Shown one piece after another: positions 61,525-64,000 of a stretch of DNA of 64,000 bases. The notes below the pieces were generated by a model. The model was not told where the DNA came from and did no database searches. It saw only the letters and a program-made list of their open reading frames with translations. The first letter of the stretch is position 1. Each line of letters opens with the position of its first letter. The translations under genes were made by a program, and so were the position numbers. The stretch lies in contig CBDEUT010000009.1 of NCBI GenBank assembly GCA_965243375.1, forward strand, positions 896,401-960,400, written 5' to 3'. Origin of the DNA: Alphaproteobacteria bacterium (GTDB lineage Bacteria; Pseudomonadota; Alphaproteobacteria; UBA828).

Positions 61525-62643
61525 ATGACTAGAGCATCGTCTCGACGCACCGACGGCAGGTCTTGCGGGAACCTGAGCCGGCGCGCGTTTCTGGGCCGGA
61601 CCGCGGCGCTCGGCGCCGCCGCGGCAGCCGCCGCTGCACTGCCCGGCCGCGCGGCGGCGGCCGGCACGGACGAGGACCTGTTCCTGCTCGGCCTGGAAGA
61701 GCATTTCGCGACGCCGGAGCTGATGCGGCTCAACGGCATCCGGTCCCTGAAAGGCGCGATCGGGGCCGACATCAACGACGTCGGCGCCGGGCGCATCGCC
61801 GAAATGGACGCGGCGGGCATCGACATCCAGGTCCTCTCGGCCCTCACGCCCGGGGCCCAGAACCTGCCCGGGGCCGAAGGCGTCGCCTACGCCCGCAGGC
61901 TCAACAGCTGGGTCGCCCGCGAGGTCATTTCGGCCCATCCGGATCGCTTCCGCGCCTTCGCCGCGCTGCCGCTGAGCGAGCCGCAGGCGGCCGCGGACGA
62001 ACTCGAATACGCGGTTCGCGAGCTCGGCTTCGTGGGCTGCATGACCTACGGGGCCGTCCACGGCAAGTTCCTCGATCGCGCCGACTTCGCGCCGGTGCTC
62101 GCCCGCGCCGAGACGCTCGGCGTGCCGATCTACATCCACCCGAACCGGGCGTCCCCCGAAGCGATGGAGGTCTACTACAACGGCCTGGGCGACAGGTTGG
62201 TGAGCTTCGCCCTCAGCGGCCCGGGCTACGGCTGGCACCAGGAGGTCGCGCTGCAATGCCTGCGGATGATCGTCAGCGGCGTCTTCGACCGGCATCCGAA
62301 GCTGCAGATCGTCGTCGGGCACATGGGCGAGGGCCTGCCGTTCTTCTACTGGCGCTTCGGCGGCGACCTGGCGCGGGTCACCGCGGACCGGCTGCAGAAA
62401 CCCGTTCAGCAGTATTTCCACGACAATTTCTGGATCACCACCAGCGCGTTCTTCCGTGACGAGCTGTTGCGGCTGGTGCTGTCGGTGATGGGCGAGGACC
62501 GGGTGATGTTCGCGGTGGACTATCCGTTCGTGAGCAACAGGGAGGGCGCGGACTGGCTGCGTGCGGCCGATCTGCCCCGGTCCGTCAAGGAGAAGATCGC
62601 CCACAAGAACGCGGAGAGACTGCTCGGGATCGGCCCCTTCTGA
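61525..62643 (+). CDS. amidohydrolase-2 (ACMSD-like metal-dependent hydrolase/decarboxylase) with Tat signal
   Basis: 372 aa; twin-arginine motif SRRAFLGRTAALGAAAAA; EEHF...H metal-binding start, ...HMGEGLPFFYWRF..., DYPF C-terminal motif of PF04909. Confidence 0.8.
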   Translation: MTRASSRRTDGRSCGNLSRRAFLGRTAALGAAAAAAAALPGRAAAAGTDEDLFLLGLEEHFATPELMRLNGIRSLKGAIGADINDVGAGRIAEMDAAGIDIQVLSALTPGAQNLPGAEGVAYARRLNSWVAREVISAHPDRFRAFAALPLSEPQAAADELEYAVRELGFVGCMTYGAVHGKFLDRADFAPVLARAETLGVPIYIHPNRASPEAMEVYYNGLGDRLVSFALSGPGYGWHQEVALQCLRMIVSGVFDRHPKLQIVVGHMGEGLPFFYWRFGGDLARVTADRLQKPVQQYFHDNFWITTSAFFRDELLRLVLSVMGEDRVMFAVDYPFVSNREGADWLRAADLPRSVKEKIAHKNAERLLGIGPF

Positions 62644-64000
62644 GGGCGGACGAACGTCGCCTTGAGACGTCGCGCAGACGCCCCGATCCCGCATCGAGTT
62701 GCCGGCGCGGGGTCATGTGCCGTCGAACGCACGCCGCGCCGACCTCCTCGCGGCGGATCGGGGCGTCCCCGTGGGTGTCGGGCCTTGCCGGTCTCGCGCC
62801 CACGGCCGTGCCGAGCCCACACTGCGACAGGTTTCCGGGGACCGTCTCGCCGCCGGACCCGGGCACAGGGGGCGCCGCGATCGGCGTACGCTCGAACCGC
62901 CCCGCGCCGGCTCCCGCATCGGCCGCAGCCGCGGCCCGTCTCCCGGTCACATAAGGCGAAGCTATCCGATCGACTTGAAAACCCTCTTGGACACCGCCGC
63001 CGGGCGTCCGCATGTGCGAAGTAGGCGCACACGAGAGAGTTGCGGAGAGAGCCTAACGGACGGCGTACGGAACCAGCCATCCCTGGCCGCAATCCTCGAC
63101 GAGCTGCGTGGGCGGACCGGCCGGCCGGTGCGCGCCGTGGCCTGCTCGACCGGCTGCCCGGAACGCCCCTCCGGGCCCTGCCGCTCGCCTTCGGCCGCCG
63201 CCGCTACCGCGCCGGCTTCGTCGGCCGGCGCTCGGCCAAGGACCTGATGCCGTTCCGCGCCCTCGAACATGCTGTGCGCGACGCCGCGCTCGGGCGCCCC
63301 GGCTGACCGCGCCGCCCGTCGGCGGGCGCGCAGGCGCCACGGCAGGCCGCTCGGACAAACCTCCCCACGCCCCGACCTCGATTCGAACTATTACTCTTCC
63401 TGCCGGCTTCCGGCGCTGCCAATGCGCTCTGGCAGGTCCGCCCGCGGAGCGGCCGGGATGTCATCGATCACGCCGCAGGGTGACGAAGCGCCGGAGCGGG
63501 CCGGGCTGCCGGACCCGCAGAGGCGGGGTCAGTGGGTTTGGCGCAATTCGCTATTGGCCGGATACCCCTTCACTGAGTTACCGCCCGCGGCGGTCCGGAC
63601 GTTGTTCCCGCGGGCCAAAACCGTGTTTCGGCGCCAAGTGCCGCCCGATCCGGTCCCGATATTGAAAAATCCCTCGTTCGATTTGATTACGCGGGCAGCG
63701 TTCATCGCTCAGGTGCCCGCTGAACCGAAGCAATCCACGACCCGTCGAGACGCGCGAAGAATCGGGCATTTCGTCGGGCCGTTACGATCCGCCGTGAGAC
63801 CTCGGACGACGACCGCCCCGGCTTTGCGGCCGGGCCACAAACTGAGGGCGGTCCGGTGCGCCGCGCCTGGCCGTTGCCAGACTGAGAAACGGGAGCGTCG
63901 GAGCCGTTGCCGACGGCCCGGCTGTCGGATCTTCCGCCCCACCCAACGCCCCGCTACCACGGCACCTCCGGCAGCCATATCGTTCAATCACGACCCTTCT

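Noticed and set aside
61036-62694. 552-aa minus-strand ORF overlapping the amidohydrolase gene; also 60721-61503(+)
   Set aside because: It is antisense to a well-supported Tat-signal amidohydrolase-2 and has low-complexity Arg/Gly composition. The 60721 ORF has a plausible RBS at 60809 (GTG) but degenerates into Arg-rich sequence, so it is not annotated.
63361-63390. tRNA-like T-arm (CGATTCGAAC) and other TTCGAA occurrences (for example 14470)
   Set aside because: Flanking sequence cannot form the T-stem/acceptor-stem pairing on either strand. No tRNA/tmRNA gene was identified, although none was formally scanned.

Overview
The window is high-GC DNA (backbone roughly 65-70% GC by eye), consistent with an alphaproteobacterial (Rhizobiales-like) genome. 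It reads as a mosaic accessory region next to a decayed integrative conjugative element (ICE), not ordinary core chromosome.

- **1.2-9.9 kb, defence locus.** A three-gene operon encodes a membrane-anchored TerB-N/TerB/TerB-C protein, a P-loop ATPase and a DEAD/DEAH helicase. This is the architecture published for the Shango anti-phage system. An IS66 element (tnpA, tnpB, tnpC) is inserted in the last codons of the TerB gene, with an 8-bp target-site duplication.
- **10.2-15.2 kb.** An integrase 3' fragment, an AT-rich islet carrying a DUF2971-like gene, and two intact tandem tyrosine integrases.
- **15.3-19.0 kb.** A 3.75-kb element bounded by 156-bp perfect terminal inverted repeats. It encodes an IS66-family transposase with an unusually long coiled-coil N-terminus, translationally coupled to a DUF4338-like gene.
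- **19-29 kb, ICE maintenance-type genes.** ssb, a toprim protein, a RepA-like ATPase, a TniA/TniB-like transposition pair with a Zn-ribbon gene, and a DUF2493 protein.
- **29-42.4 kb, F-type conjugation module.** TraA relaxase-helicase, an RHH protein with four 17-bp iterons, TraG-N, TraH, TraF, TraN, TrbC, TraU, TrbI and TraC. Several genes are frameshifted or truncated, so the module looks degraded.
- **42.5-45.9 kb.** A second, distinct IS66 copy, again inserted in the 3' end of a gene (a DUF2285-like regulator).
- **45.9-64 kb, chromosomal-type cargo.** A roughly 1,900-aa Calx-beta autotransporter with internal 585-bp tandem repeats, a single-chain fused histidine kinase / response regulator / wHTH protein, a sensor-less histidine kinase, an EF-hand protein, two paralogous cytochrome b561 genes each followed by a small secreted protein, and a Tat-signal amidohydrolase-2.

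No rRNA, tRNA or CRISPR array was found. Many long ORFs in the six-frame track are GC-rich antisense or read-through artefacts and are not annotated.
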